Positions 8,189 to 18,712 of a stretch of 64,000 nt of DNA are shown here, piece after piece; positions within the stretch are counted from its first letter, which is position 1, and every line of letters begins with the position of its first letter. The notes under the pieces were generated by a model. It was not told where the DNA came from and made no database searches. It worked only from the letters and a program-made list of their open reading frames with translations. The stretch lies in contig DASWKB010000038.1 of NCBI GenBank assembly GCA_036396895.1, positions 13,145 to 77,144 of the forward strand, written 5' to 3'. The stretch is from a bacterium (GTDB taxonomy: Bacteria > Omnitrophota > Gorgyraeia > Aquiviventales > Aquiviventaceae). The position numbers and the translations under genes are program-made.

Positions 8189-10504
8189 CTACTGCGCCAT
8201 GCGGATGCGATCCGCCCGCCGCTCCAGGTGCTCCGCTTTACCGACCTTTCCCGCTTTCCGCAACACGTCGGCGTAATTGTCCAGCAGGAACGCCACCTCG
8301 GGATGCGTCGGGCCGACCAGCTGTTCGTAGATATCGAGCGCGCGCTGGAAGAGCGCTTCCACCGTCGCCAATTCGCTTCCGCCGGTCTGGCGCGACAGCC
8401 CTTGCTGGCGCAAGGATTTGGCCGCCAGCTCCAGGATCTGATGATAGCGCTTGTATCTGGGGTCCTGGTTCGCGGGGCCGTCCCCGAGCTCGATCGGCGC
8501 CGCAAGCTGCACGGAGATCTCCCCGTCCGCCTCGGGCCCTCCGCCGGCCAGTGCCTGCTCCATGATGGCCAGCGCCCGCTGGAACATCCGCTCTGCCGCG
8601 TCCCGGTCGCCGCGCTGTTCGGTCACCCGGGCCAGGCGGCCCAGGATCCGGCCGACCTGGAGGTGCTCCGGTCCGCCGGACTGCTCGGCCACGTCGAGCG
8701 CGCGCGCGTACGCCTCTGAGGCTTCCTGGAGCCGCCCTTCGCCGCCGCGCAAGTCGCCGAGCTCGGTCAGGACGCGGGCGACTTCGGTATGCCGGTCGCC
8801 GAACTGGCGCTTCGTCAGGCGAAGCGCTTCCTCGAGCATCGCCCCCGCAGCCTCGATGTCGCCGCGCTCTCGCCGAACGGCCGCAAGCAGGCCGAGCAGC
8901 CGGGCGTCCTGCGCCTCGTCCCGGCGCGCGAGCGCGCGGTGTTCCCCGAGCAGGCGTTCTGCGCGCTCGATGAGCGGCGCCGCGGCCTCCAGCTCGCCGC
9001 GCGCCCGCTTGATCTCGGCCAGCTGGAGCAGCGCGCCCGCCAGCTGCGGCGCGCCCGAGGGTGCGGATGCCTGGAGAATGTCGGCCGCGCGCTGCCCGGC
9101 CGCCTCGGCTTCCTCGAACCGCTCCTGCGCGGCGTAGAGACTTGCCAGCTCGTTCAAGGGGCCGGCGGCGTCGGGATGCTCCGCGCCGAGGCGTCGCTCC
9201 ACGCCGAGCAGCGCCCGGCGCAGATGGGCTTCCGCCTCTCTCCCCCGTCCCTGCAGACGGAGCGCCGAGCCCCAGGCGCTCCTGGCCCGCACCGTCTCCG
9301 CATGGTCAGGTCCGAGGCGCTCCTCGGCGGTCGCGGTCGCCTGCGCCGCCAGCGTCTCTGCCGAGAGCAGATCGCCCCGCGCGGCCGCCAGCTCCGCGAG
9401 CGCGCGCAACGCGCCGGCGACCCTGGGATGGTCCGGGCCGTAGCGCTTCGCCGCGAGTTCCCGCGCCCGCTCCAACGCCTCGTGCGCCTGATCGAACTCC
9501 CCCCGCGCGGCCGCGAGATCCGCCCTGACGCGCAGCAGCGCGTCCTCGGACGGATGGCCCTCCGGCAGCCGCCGGCGGGCGCGCTCAAGCGCCTCCTCCG
9601 CGTCGGCGTACCGGCCCTCGGCGAGCGCCACGCGGCTGATCCCGAGCCAGACGTCCGCCATCAGCGGATGCTCGGCGCTCCAGACACGCTCGATGATCTC
9701 GCGGCTCTGAGACAGGAACGCCCGCGCCGAGGCGAGGTCGGACTCCTCGAGCGCAAGCGACGCGGAAGCCACCAGAGACTCCGCCATCCTGGGATGCGTC
9801 GGTCCCCAGCGCTCCTCGATGAGCGCGCGCGCCTCGCGCAGCGCCTCCCGGGCCTGCGGATACGCGCCGGCGCGCGCCTGCCGCTCGCCCTCGAGCAGCA
9901 GGATGTGCGCCGCCGGAGCCGATCCGCCTGAGCTGGCGCGGTCTGTCAGCGCCAGCGCCCGCGCGAGCAGCTCACCGGCCGCTCCGAAATCGGCCGTCGC
10001 CGTCGCGTTCGCCGCCAGGAGTCCAAGCGTGTGCGCCAGCTCCGGGGCGTCCGGGCCGAGTTCGCCCTCCGTGAGCTCGAGGCTGCGGGCCGCGAAGACG
10101 CGGGACGCCTCGAACGCTCCGAGGCGAAGATGGACCCCGGCGAGCCGGTCGAGAGCGGCGGACACCAGCGGATCGGATTGCGCGTGCCGGATGTGGCTCT
10201 GAATGGCGAGGACGCGGTAGGAGGTCCGCTCGGCTTCGGGCAGCCGTCCGGCGGCCAGTTGGAGGTCTCCGAGCACGGACAGGGCCGCCGCCACGGACGG
10301 CGCATCCGGACCAGCGGCGCGCTCCGCGCCAGCCACGGCGCGCGCCGCCGCGGTCTCGGCCTCCGCGTACCGGCCGGACTGCCGCAGCGCCCGCGCGCGC
10401 TCGAGCAGCTCCGCGGCCGGCTGAGCCCCCTCGGCGCACTCGGCCCGCGGCACGAACGACGCCACGAAGAGTCCCACGGCCAGGAGCAGCCGGGCGGTGT
10501 TCAC
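8189..10504 (-). CDS. Exported tetratricopeptide repeat protein (42-aa kinesin-light-chain-type TPRs)
   Basis: Likely GTG start at 10504 overlaps the upstream stop (GTGA). Signal-peptide-like N-terminus, then many GP(D/E)HP..A..L..LA repeats. Confidence 0.8.
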   Translation of the reverse strand: MNTARLLLAVGLFVASFVPRAECAEGAQPAAELLERARALRQSGRYAEAETAAARAVAGAERAAGPDAPSVAAALSVLGDLQLAAGRLPEAERTSYRVLAIQSHIRHAQSDPLVSAALDRLAGVHLRLGAFEASRVFAARSLELTEGELGPDAPELAHTLGLLAANATATADFGAAGELLARALALTDRASSGGSAPAAHILLLEGERQARAGAYPQAREALREARALIEERWGPTHPRMAESLVASASLALEESDLASARAFLSQSREIIERVWSAEHPLMADVWLGISRVALAEGRYADAEEALERARRRLPEGHPSEDALLRVRADLAAARGEFDQAHEALERARELAAKRYGPDHPRVAGALRALAELAAARGDLLSAETLAAQATATAEERLGPDHAETVRARSAWGSALRLQGRGREAEAHLRRALLGVERRLGAEHPDAAGPLNELASLYAAQERFEEAEAAGQRAADILQASAPSGAPQLAGALLQLAEIKRARGELEAAAPLIERAERLLGEHRALARRDEAQDARLLGLLAAVRRERGDIEAAGAMLEEALRLTKRQFGDRHTEVARVLTELGDLRGGEGRLQEASEAYARALDVAEQSGGPEHLQVGRILGRLARVTEQRGDRDAAERMFQRALAIMEQALAGGGPEADGEISVQLAAPIELGDGPANQDPRYKRYHQILELAAKSLRQQGLSRQTGGSELATVEALFQRALDIYEQLVGPTHPEVAFLLDNYADVLRKAGKVGKAEHLERRADRIRMAQ

Positions 10505-11622
10505 TCGGAACGGTGTCCCGGATGCGCGAGTTGCCGCAGCATCCACGCCACGACCGCAAGGCCCGCCGCGAACAAGACGAGAAACGCCGCCATGGGCCCC
10601 CACTGCGCCGAGACGCGCAGCTCCTCCGGCCGGAACACGTGCGCGAGTTCGATGGACTGCACCCATTGCCGGCTCACTGCGTTGGCGATCAACACGGCCG
10701 CCTGCGCCGCCGCCACGGGCCAGACGGCGACCGGACCGGCCGCCGCGCGTCGCATGAGCGCCCACACAAGGACCGGCAGCGCGGCGGACGCGGCCGAGGC
10801 CGCGAGCAGACCCGGCGTCCCGGCGATCGCGCCGGTCACGCGCGCCTCGAGCGTCCCGAACACGTACCAGGCGCCCATCGCGCCGAACCAGACCAGGCCC
10901 AGCCCGTGCAGCCGCGACGCGGCCCGCGCGGCCCAGCGCCGGTAGTCCTCGGACTCCCCGCGCGCCGCCGTCCGGGTCTCCACCAGAATGTACACCGCGG
11001 TCGTCATGATCGCCAAGCCGAACATCATCAGCCACCTGGGGAACAGCGTGGGATCCGCCAGGTTCAATCCCGTCCCGGTGACCGCGCCGGCGACGCTCGT
11101 CCGCTCATACAGCGCCAGCATCCTCGCCGGGTCGGCCATCAGGCTGAAGGCGTTCGAAAACACGAATCCGATCGCCAGGAACAGGCCGGCGCTCACGACC
11201 CCGGCCGCGCGGCCCAGCGGCGAGACCCGCCCGCCCCGCACCTGGCCGGCGTAGACATACACCCCGTAATACGCCGCCAGGAGCATGGGAATGACCGAGA
11301 ACCAGAACCATCCCATCATGATGGTCGCGGGATAGAACACGGGATAGTACGCGACCTGGATGAACAGGAGCGGCACGATGCCGAAGTTGACGCCCAGCGC
11401 GATGAGGATCGGCATCGCGCTCGCGAGCCGCCGGCCCAGGCGCGCCGCGTGCGCGTGCCGGGTGAACGCGCACACCGCGACGAGCACCATCCCGGCGTAC
11501 CAGACGTGCATCGGCACCATGTGGAGCACGAAGCCGAGCAGCTTGAAGCCGGCCAGAACCCAGTAGGGCGCCGGGCTGCCCGCCGGCGTCCCCGCCGCCA
11601 GCGGAAACGTCTCGGGCGTCAT
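10501..11622 (-). CDS. Polytopic membrane protein, partner subunit of cytochrome bd-superfamily enzyme (OR-N-like)
   Basis: About 9-10 TM helices, His in TM1 (VLHMVPMH), GVNFGIVPLLFIQV motif. Translationally coupled to the CydA-like gene. Confidence 0.6.
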   Translation of the reverse strand: MTPETFPLAAGTPAGSPAPYWVLAGFKLLGFVLHMVPMHVWYAGMVLVAVCAFTRHAHAARLGRRLASAMPILIALGVNFGIVPLLFIQVAYYPVFYPATIMMGWFWFSVIPMLLAAYYGVYVYAGQVRGGRVSPLGRAAGVVSAGLFLAIGFVFSNAFSLMADPARMLALYERTSVAGAVTGTGLNLADPTLFPRWLMMFGLAIMTTAVYILVETRTAARGESEDYRRWAARAASRLHGLGLVWFGAMGAWYVFGTLEARVTGAIAGTPGLLAASAASAALPVLVWALMRRAAAGPVAVWPVAAAQAAVLIANAVSRQWVQSIELAHVFRPEELRVSAQWGPMAAFLVLFAAGLAVVAWMLRQLAHPGHRSE

Positions 11623-13007
11623 GCGCCCCCTCCCCGCGACTCCGCCCCCGGCAGGACCGGATGCGGCGACGCCAGCGTCTCCAGGTAGCGGCGCAGCGCC
11701 AGAGCCTCCTCCGGCCTCCCCGACCAGGGCGGCATGAAGAAATGATACCGGTCCAGATTCACGATGAGATGGTCCAGCATCCCGGGCGTCCAGCCGGGCA
11801 GCATTTCGCGCATGCCCGAATAGCCGCTCGCGGCGTGGCAGGAGCCGCAGTGGTGCATGAACACCGTCCGGCCGATGAGGCGCTGATCGGCCTCCGTCAG
11901 CGACGGGATGCGCGACTCATCGAGGCCGCCGCCGGAGACCAGCTGGGGCAGCCGCCCCGCAACGTACCGGCGCGTCCACACCCCCCCGTCGAGAAACCCG
12001 TCCCGCTTGAGGCGCGGCACCTCCGAGACGTAGATGTTGTGGCTGTACACCTCGCCGTAGATGACGAACGGCTTCCGGGCGGCCTCCCGCACGAATTCGG
12101 CCTGCCCGGTGACGATATAGCCGATGAGGAGCAGGAGCACGGCGAAGCCCGGGCTCACCCACTCGGGATGCCGGTAGGGGCCGAAGTAGAACATGAAGAA
12201 CACGACCACGCTGAGCGCGAAGATCAGCGCGATCATGAGGTTCATCGCCGCGGCGCCGATGAGCGTCGCCTTCGCGCTCGCCGGCAGCGCCGCGTGCCAC
12301 CAGAGGCCTCCCAGGGTGATGAGCACCGCCCCGGCCATCGCCGGCCGGGCCGAGCGGCGGGCGATCATCGCCCGCAGACCGGCCGGACCGTTCCAGAATG
12401 ACGAATGGACATAGACATACAGCGTCGCCAACAGCAGCGAGGCGCCGGTGCGGGCGACGATCTGCGGCAGGGTCTGAGGGTTCGCCCAGCCCCGCCAGAA
12501 GTCGCCCTGCCAGTCGCCGGGGTTGAGCATGAACGCGGTGATGCCGGTGATGATCACGAGGCTCATCCAGGCCGAGCCGGCGTAGATCCAGGCCATCGCC
12601 TGGTGCGCGCGCGGGGTGAGCCGGTCCCACGCGTAGTAGAAGATGAAGGCCGAGACGATCTCGATGAGGAAGAAGACGTACTCCATCGCCCAGCCGAACA
12701 CGAAGAGGTGGATGAGCATCTGGGTGGGGAGCGGAGAGGCGAGCCCGATGGTCCACCAGATGCCCACGCCCGTGATCGCCCCGTAGACGACGGTGAGCAG
12801 GATGAAGAACCACGCGTGCCGCCGGAGGTACGCCAGGTAGGCCGCGTTGCCGGTCCGGTAGGCGTGCCGGGTCTCCACCGCGAGGAACAACCCGCCGCCC
12901 ACCGCGTAGAGCGCGACGTAGATGTGGAGCACCGCGACGGCCGCGATGAGCATGGGGGCGGTCAGGCCGGGCACGTACCAGAACGGGTAATGCATGGCTG
13001 CGCTCAC
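11619..13007 (-). CDS. Cytochrome bd subunit I (CydA)-like protein fused to a C-terminal c-type cytochrome (OR-C-like)
   Basis: TM1 His (VLHIYV), GAITGVGIW, WAMEYVFF.IE, EFVREAARKPFVI (GRQPW-equivalent), C-terminal CGSCH with a distal Met (FMPPW). Confidence 0.75.
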   Translation of the reverse strand: MSAAMHYPFWYVPGLTAPMLIAAVAVLHIYVALYAVGGGLFLAVETRHAYRTGNAAYLAYLRRHAWFFILLTVVYGAITGVGIWWTIGLASPLPTQMLIHLFVFGWAMEYVFFLIEIVSAFIFYYAWDRLTPRAHQAMAWIYAGSAWMSLVIITGITAFMLNPGDWQGDFWRGWANPQTLPQIVARTGASLLLATLYVYVHSSFWNGPAGLRAMIARRSARPAMAGAVLITLGGLWWHAALPASAKATLIGAAAMNLMIALIFALSVVVFFMFYFGPYRHPEWVSPGFAVLLLLIGYIVTGQAEFVREAARKPFVIYGEVYSHNIYVSEVPRLKRDGFLDGGVWTRRYVAGRLPQLVSGGGLDESRIPSLTEADQRLIGRTVFMHHCGSCHAASGYSGMREMLPGWTPGMLDHLIVNLDRYHFFMPPWSGRPEEALALRRYLETLASPHPVLPGAESRGGGA

Positions 13008-13026
13008 TCCTTGATCGTCTAGCGTA

Positions 13027-13839
13027 TCACCGGACCCAGCGGCCCGCCAGATGGCCGATGCCGTAGCCTGCGACCGCCGCGAGGCCCGCGATCCCGAGCA
13101 TTTCGAGCCCGCTCATCCACCAGCGCGTCTTCACCATCCGCCCCTTGAACGCGCCGAAGAGGAAGAGCGCCGCCGCCGTGGCCAGCACGGACACGAGCAT
13201 GGCCTCCCGCACCGTCCAGATGAGATACGGCGCCGCCGGCACGCATCCGCCGATCACGTAGGCTGTGCCCATCGTGAACGCGTTGCTCGCCGGCCGCTCG
13301 AGCGCCTCCGGGTAGATCCCGAGCTCCTTGTGCGCCATGTCCTCAAGGAGCAGGCGCTTGTCCGACAGGAGCCGCCGGGCGATGACGGCGATTTCCTCTT
13401 CCGTCCAGCCGCGGGCGCGGTACATCGCCACGAGCTCCCGCCGCTCGCCGGCCGGGTCGCGCTCGATCGCCTCTTCCTCCTCGCGGAGCAGCCGCGCCAG
13501 GTATTCGCGCTGCGCTTTGGAGGACAGGTAGGACCCGGCGGCCATCGAGAGCGATTCGACGACGATGATGACGCATCCCGCGATGATGACCGCGGCGGCG
13601 TCGCGGGTGCCCTCCGCGATGCCGGTCAGCGCGCCCAGCGTCGACACCAGACCGTCCTGGACGCCGAAGACCATCTCGCGCAGCCGCGCGCGGGCGCGCA
13701 TGTCGGGCGCGCCGCGGCGCCTCGCGGCGACGCTTCGCCCGGACGGCGGGGCGGGCGCGCCGGGAAGCGCATGATGCTCCCCCGGCGACGCCTCGCCCCG
13801 AGGAGCGGGCGGCGCGGGCAGCGCCCCGTCCGGGCTCAT
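13027..13839 (-). CDS. VIT1/CCC1 family Fe/Mn transporter
   Basis: [19 protein letters not shown] and an acidic cytoplasmic helix. The true start may be near 13701. Confidence 0.9.
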   Translation of the reverse strand: MSPDGALPAPPAPRGEASPGEHHALPGAPAPPSGRSVAARRRGAPDMRARARLREMVFGVQDGLVSTLGALTGIAEGTRDAAAVIIAGCVIIVVESLSMAAGSYLSSKAQREYLARLLREEEEAIERDPAGERRELVAMYRARGWTEEEIAVIARRLLSDKRLLLEDMAHKELGIYPEALERPASNAFTMGTAYVIGGCVPAAPYLIWTVREAMLVSVLATAAALFLFGAFKGRMVKTRWWMSGLEMLGIAGLAAVAGYGIGHLAGRWVR

Positions 13840-14120
13840 GCGGAAGAACTCCGGCGCATCATGAGGTAATAGAGCACGGGAATCGCGGTGCGGGAGAGCA
13901 GCGTCGAGGCGACTTCGCCCGCCATGAGCGCGATCGCCAGCCCCTGGAAGATGGGATCGAACAGGACGCCCGCGCCGCCGCCCAGGAGGAGCGACGCAGC
14001 CACCATGACCAAGGCTCCCGCGCGCGCGCTCATCGACACGTCCGGTTGGCGAGCACGATCCCGGAAGATCTTCTGCAGATTGCGCACGCTCATGAGGCCC
14101 ATCCGGTCAGTCCCGGCCAT
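13836..14120 (-). pseudogene. Remnant of the C-terminus of an RND (AcrB/CzcA-type) efflux permease
   Basis: [33 protein letters not shown] resembles the last TM helices of ~1000-aa RND permeases, but only ~90 codons are present. Confidence 0.65.
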
Positions 14121-14168
14121 TCCCGCAGCCGGACCATCGGGCGCCCATCCGCGGAGGCGAACGCCGGG

Positions 14169-16160
14169 TCAGAGCCGGCCGCGCACGAGCTGCTGCGCGA
14201 CCGCCGGGTCGGCGAGCGTCGTCGTGTCGCCCAGGTTGTCCACTTCACCGGCCGCCACTTTCCGGAGGATGCGCCGCATGATCTTGCCGGAGCGGGTCTT
14301 CGGCAGCGCGTCGGTGAACTGGATCTTCTCCGGCGTCGCGATGGGACCGATCACCGCACGCACGTGCGACATGAGCTTCTTGCGCAGCTCATCCGTGGGC
14401 TCGACGCCCTGCTTCAAGGTGACGTAGCAGTAGAGGCCCTGCCCCTTCACCTCATGCGGAAACCCGACCACCGCCGCTTCCGCGACCGTTTGGTGCGCCA
14501 CCAGGGCGCTCTCGACCTCCGCCGTGCCGAGCCGGTGCCCCGAGATGTTGATGACGTCATCGATGCGGCCCATCAGCCAGTAGAAGCCGTCCGCGTCGAC
14601 CCGGCAGCCGTCCCCGGTGAAGTACTTGCCCGGGAACATAGAGAAGTACACGTCCTTGATCCGCGTGTGCGCCGGATCGCCGTAGACGCCGCGGAGCATG
14701 CCGGGCCAGGGCTGCGTGATCACGAGCGAGCCGCCTTCGTTGACGGCGGCTTCCGTGCCGTCCTGCCGGAGCACCTGCGGGACCACGCCGAAAAACGGCT
14801 TTGTCGCGGATCCCGGCTTGGTCCCCAGCGCGCCCGGCAGCGGCGTGATCAGAATGCCCCCGGTCTCCGTCTGCCACCAGGTGTCCACGATCGGGCAGCG
14901 CGCCTTCCCGATGACCCGGTGGTACCACATCCACGCTTCCGGGTTGATCGGCTCGCCGACCGACCCCAGGATGCGCAGGCTGGAGAGGTCGTGTTTATTC
15001 GGCCACTCCTCCCCGAGCCGCATCAGGGCGCGGATCGCCGTCGGCGCCGTGTAGAACACCGTCACTTTATACTCCTCGACGATCTGCCAGAACCGGTCGG
15101 GCTCGGGGAACGTCGGAATGCCCTCGAACATGATCGCCGTCGCGCCGTTGGAGAGCGGCCCGTAGACGATGTAGGAGTGCCCCGTCACCCATCCGATGTC
15201 CGCCGTGCACCAGAACAGATCGTCATCGTGCACGTCGAAGATATACTTGAAGGTGACATGGACGAAGAGCAGGTAGCCCGCCGTCGTGTGGAGCACGCCC
15301 TTGGGCTTGCCGGTTGAGCCGCTCGTGTAGAGGATGAACAGCGGCGACTCCGCGTCCATCGGCTCAGGCGGGCACGGCCGGGCGGCCTCCGGACGCGCCA
15401 TCTCCTCATGCCACCAGAGGTCGCGGCCGGCCGTCATGGCGCAGCTGCCGTCGCCCCGGCGGTATACGATCACGGTCTTCACGCTCGGGCAATCCGCGAG
15501 CGCCTCGTCCGCCTTCGCCTTCATGCCGAGGGATTTGCCCCCGTGCACCGCCGCATCCGTCGTCACCAGGAGCCGCGAGTTGCAGTCCTGCAGCCGGTCC
15601 CGCAGGGCGCTGGGGCTGAACGCCGAGAACACGACCGAATGGATGGCGCCGATTCTCGTGCAGGAGAGCATCGCGACCGCCAGCTCCGGGATCATCGGCA
15701 TGAAGAGGGTCACCCGGTCCCCGCGCGTCACGCCGTGCGCCTTCAGGACGTTCGCGAACCGGCACACCTCGGCGTGCAGCTCTTCATACGTCAGGGTCCG
15801 CTTGTCCTTCGAGGATTCCCCCTGCCAGATGATGGCGGGCTTGGTCTTACGCGGCCCATCGAGATGACGGTCGAGGCAGTTGGCGCTCACGTTCAGCTGC
15901 GCGCCGTGGAAATACTCCACGTAGGGATGCTCGGTCTCGCCGATCGTGGACCAGTCGGAGCGTACGACCGCGTCCCAGCGCGTCATCCAGCTCAGGTGCT
16001 CCTCGGCCATCCGGCCCCAGAACGCCTCGGGCGACCGCACCGACTCTTCGTACATCATCCGGTATTCCTCTTCGCCCTTGATGAACGCGCCTTCCCGGAC
16101 TTTCGCGGGAGGATCGAAGCGCCGCTCCTCCTGCAGCAACGACGAAATATCTTGCGCCAT
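14169..16160 (-). CDS. acs: Acetyl-CoA synthetase (acetate-CoA ligase)
   Basis: [41 protein letters not shown] before MAQDIS at 16160. Confidence 0.97.
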   Translation of the reverse strand: MAQDISSLLQEERRFDPPAKVREGAFIKGEEEYRMMYEESVRSPEAFWGRMAEEHLSWMTRWDAVVRSDWSTIGETEHPYVEYFHGAQLNVSANCLDRHLDGPRKTKPAIIWQGESSKDKRTLTYEELHAEVCRFANVLKAHGVTRGDRVTLFMPMIPELAVAMLSCTRIGAIHSVVFSAFSPSALRDRLQDCNSRLLVTTDAAVHGGKSLGMKAKADEALADCPSVKTVIVYRRGDGSCAMTAGRDLWWHEEMARPEAARPCPPEPMDAESPLFILYTSGSTGKPKGVLHTTAGYLLFVHVTFKYIFDVHDDDLFWCTADIGWVTGHSYIVYGPLSNGATAIMFEGIPTFPEPDRFWQIVEEYKVTVFYTAPTAIRALMRLGEEWPNKHDLSSLRILGSVGEPINPEAWMWYHRVIGKARCPIVDTWWQTETGGILITPLPGALGTKPGSATKPFFGVVPQVLRQDGTEAAVNEGGSLVITQPWPGMLRGVYGDPAHTRIKDVYFSMFPGKYFTGDGCRVDADGFYWLMGRIDDVINISGHRLGTAEVESALVAHQTVAEAAVVGFPHEVKGQGLYCYVTLKQGVEPTDELRKKLMSHVRAVIGPIATPEKIQFTDALPKTRSGKIMRRILRKVAAGEVDNLGDTTTLADPAVAQQLVRGRL

Positions 16161-16185
16161 CGCATCCTCCTTCTCAGTATTCGCG

Positions 16186-16272
16186 AGAAGCTGGAGGTTG
16201 GAGGCTAGAAGCTCGAACATTCCAGCTTCCAGCATCCAGCTTCCAGCATCCAGCATCCAGCTTCCAGCTTCC
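16186..16272. repeat. Heptamer-repeat hairpin (GCTGGAR / TCCAGCW units)
   Basis: About 4 forward units and about 7 TCCAGC(T/A) reverse units just upstream of the acs RBS. Same unit family as at 4640. Confidence 0.8.
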
Positions 16273-16302
16273 GACCAGTGCCCTTGACCCGCGTGATGCG
16301 GT

Positions 16303-17355
16303 CTAGCAGATACGGGGCAGCTGCTCGCCGCTCAGCATATCAAGAATCCGGGAGGATCCGATGGCGCTTTTCAGCGAGACAAGGCCGGGGGTGTCGCCCG
16401 CCACCCGTCCGATTTCGACCGCCTGCTGCCCCAGCGGGTGCGCCCGCATCAGGGCCGCCGCCCGGGGAGCGTCCTGGGGCGCCACGAACGCGACGAACCG
16501 CCCTTCGTTGGCGACGTACAGCGGGTCGAGACCCAGCATCTCGCAGGCGCCGCGCACCTCCTCGCGAACCGGCACGGCCGCCTCATCGACCGCAAGCGGC
16601 ACCCGCGCGCTCTGGGCAAGCTCCACCAGCGCGCTCGCGAGACCGCCGCGGGTGAGATCCCGCAGGCAGTGCACCTCGATCCCGGCCTCCACCAGCGCCG
16701 CGACGAGGCCGGCGAGCGGAGCCGAATCGCTCTCGATCGCGCTCTCGAACTCGAGCCCCTCGCGGACCGCCATGATCGCGATGCCGTGCCGGCCGATGTC
16801 TCCGCTCAGCAGCACCACGTCCCCCGGCCGGATGCGGTCGGGACCGATGACCACGCCGGGCGGCACAAGACCGAGCCCCGCGGTATTGAGGTAGATCCCG
16901 TCGCCTTTGCCCCGGTCCACGACCTTGGTGTCGCCGGTCACGATGTCGACTCCGGCCGAGGCGGACGCCTCCCGCATGGAGCGCACGACTTCCCACAAGG
17001 ACGCCATCGGAAACCCCTCTTCCAGAATGAAGCCCACGGTGAGCGCGACGGGCTTCGCCCCGCACATCGCCAGGTCGTTGACCGTGCCGTGCACCGCGAG
17101 CGAGCCGATGTCACCGCCGGGAAATTTCCAGGGCCGCACGACATAGGAATCCGTCGTCAGCGCCACCCGCGTCCCGTTCACGCCGAGGACGGCGCCGTCG
17201 TGCAGCCGCTCCGGGCTGCCGCCGAAGGCGGGTACGAACACCCGCTCGATCAGCTGGCGCATCAGCTTGCCTCCACCCCCGTGCGCGAGCAGAATCTGCG
17301 GCGTCTCCGTGATCGGCAGCGGACACGCAAGCGACAGCGGGGGGCGCTCGCTCAT
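16303..17355 (-). CDS. hypE: Hydrogenase maturation carbamoyl dehydratase HypE
   Basis: [34 protein letters not shown]-terminal LPRIC. ATGA overlap with hypD. Confidence 0.97.
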   Translation of the reverse strand: MSERPPLSLACPLPITETPQILLAHGGGGKLMRQLIERVFVPAFGGSPERLHDGAVLGVNGTRVALTTDSYVVRPWKFPGGDIGSLAVHGTVNDLAMCGAKPVALTVGFILEEGFPMASLWEVVRSMREASASAGVDIVTGDTKVVDRGKGDGIYLNTAGLGLVPPGVVIGPDRIRPGDVVLLSGDIGRHGIAIMAVREGLEFESAIESDSAPLAGLVAALVEAGIEVHCLRDLTRGGLASALVELAQSARVPLAVDEAAVPVREEVRGACEMLGLDPLYVANEGRFVAFVAPQDAPRAAALMRAHPLGQQAVEIGRVAGDTPGLVSLKSAIGSSRILDMLSGEQLPRIC

Positions 17356-18458
17356 CGCGCCTCCACCTTCGCCGCGACCCCCCGGTAGCGGTAATAGGCG
17401 GCGCAGGCCCCCTCGGATGAGACCATCGTCGCGCCCATCGGGCGCTCGGGCGTGCAGCGGGTGCCGAACGCGGGGCACTCCGTCGGCTTCTTCACGCCCT
17501 GCAGCACGAGCCCGCTCTCGCACTCGGCGGGCTCCTCCGTATGGCGGTCCGCTACGCCGAAGCGGCGCTCGGCGTCGTGCGCGTCGTACGGCGGCCGCAA
17601 GCCCAGGCCGCTTGCGGGGATGCTCCCGACGCCGCGCCACTTGCGGTCGACGACCGTGAAGACCTCCCGGATCAGCGCCTGCGCCGGACGGTTGCCCGCG
17701 CGCCGGACCGCGCGCGCATACTGGTTCTCGACCTCGGCGCGGCCCTCCTCGAGCTGGCGGACGCACAGGTACACGCCCTGGAGGATGTCGAGCGGCTCGA
17801 AGCCCGTCACGACGATCGGCACGCGGTAGCGCGCGGCCAGCGGGCCGTATTCGGCGGTGCCCATGATCGTGCAGACGTGTCCCGCGGCCAGGAATCCCTG
17901 CACCCGGTTCATGGGCGAGCTCAGGATCGCTTCCATGGCGGGCGGGACGAGCACGTGCGAGACGAGCAGAAAGAAATTCTGGAGGGTCGCCCGGTGCGCC
18001 TGATACACGGCCATGGCGGTGGCGGGCGCGGTCGTTTCGAACCCGACGGCGAAGAAGACGACCTCGCGGTCGGGATGCGCGGCCGCGAGCGCGACGGCGT
18101 CCATCGGCGAATAGACGACCCGGACGTCGCCGCCGCGCGCCTTCACGGCGAAGAGGTCCTCGCGGCTGCCGGGCACGCGCAGCATGTCTCCGAAGGAGCA
18201 GAAGATGACGCCCGGCGCCGCGGCGATCGCGAGCGCTTTGTCGATGAGCTCAAGGGGCGTCACGCACACGGGACAGCCGGGCCCGTGGATCAGCGTGAGC
18301 TCGGGCGGCAGGAGCTCGTCGATGCCGAACTTCACGATGGCGTGCGTCTGCCCTCCGCAGATCTCCATGATCGTCCAGGGGCGCCTCGTGCGATTCGCGA
18401 TCAGCCGCGCGTAGCGGCGGGCGGCTTCGGCGTCGCGGTACTCATCGATGAATTTCAT
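17352..18458 (-). CDS. hypD: Hydrogenase formation protein HypD
   Basis: [33 protein letters not shown]. Confidence 0.97.
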   Translation of the reverse strand: MKFIDEYRDAEAARRYARLIANRTRRPWTIMEICGGQTHAIVKFGIDELLPPELTLIHGPGCPVCVTPLELIDKALAIAAAPGVIFCSFGDMLRVPGSREDLFAVKARGGDVRVVYSPMDAVALAAAHPDREVVFFAVGFETTAPATAMAVYQAHRATLQNFFLLVSHVLVPPAMEAILSSPMNRVQGFLAAGHVCTIMGTAEYGPLAARYRVPIVVTGFEPLDILQGVYLCVRQLEEGRAEVENQYARAVRRAGNRPAQALIREVFTVVDRKWRGVGSIPASGLGLRPPYDAHDAERRFGVADRHTEEPAECESGLVLQGVKKPTECPAFGTRCTPERPMGATMVSSEGACAAYYRYRGVAAKVEAR

Positions 18459-18712
18459 GGCGGCGGCGCCTCAAGTTCCGCGAGCTCGCCCATGCGCCGC
18501 AGGTAGTCGAAGACGACGGTCGCTTCCTGCTCGTCGACTTTGCTGATCGCGAACCCGACGTGCACGATCACGTAGTCCCCCACCCCGGCCTCGGGGACAT
18601 AGGAGAGGTTGACGGGCTTGAGGACGCCGCCGAAGCTCACCTTTCCGGTCCGCGCGCCGGGCTCCTCCCGCTCGAGGCGCACGATTTGTCCGGGCACGCC
18701 GAGGCACATCAC
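18455..18712 (-). CDS. hypC: Hydrogenase assembly chaperone HypC
   Basis: MCLGVPG N-terminus, VIVHVGFAI. Confidence 0.96.
   Translation of the reverse strand: MMCLGVPGQIVRLEREEPGARTGKVSFGGVLKPVNLSYVPEAGVGDYVIVHVGFAISKVDEQEATVVFDYLRRMGELAELEAPPP

Noticed and set aside
10505-11035. 948-aa version of the TPR ORF
   Set aside because: The extension overlaps the upstream membrane gene in another frame; the GTG at 10504 gives a signal peptide and a 4-nt overlap.
16161-16256. N-terminal extension of Acs ([12 protein letters not shown]...)
   Set aside because: It is the translation of the heptamer repeat; a strong RBS supports the start at 16160.
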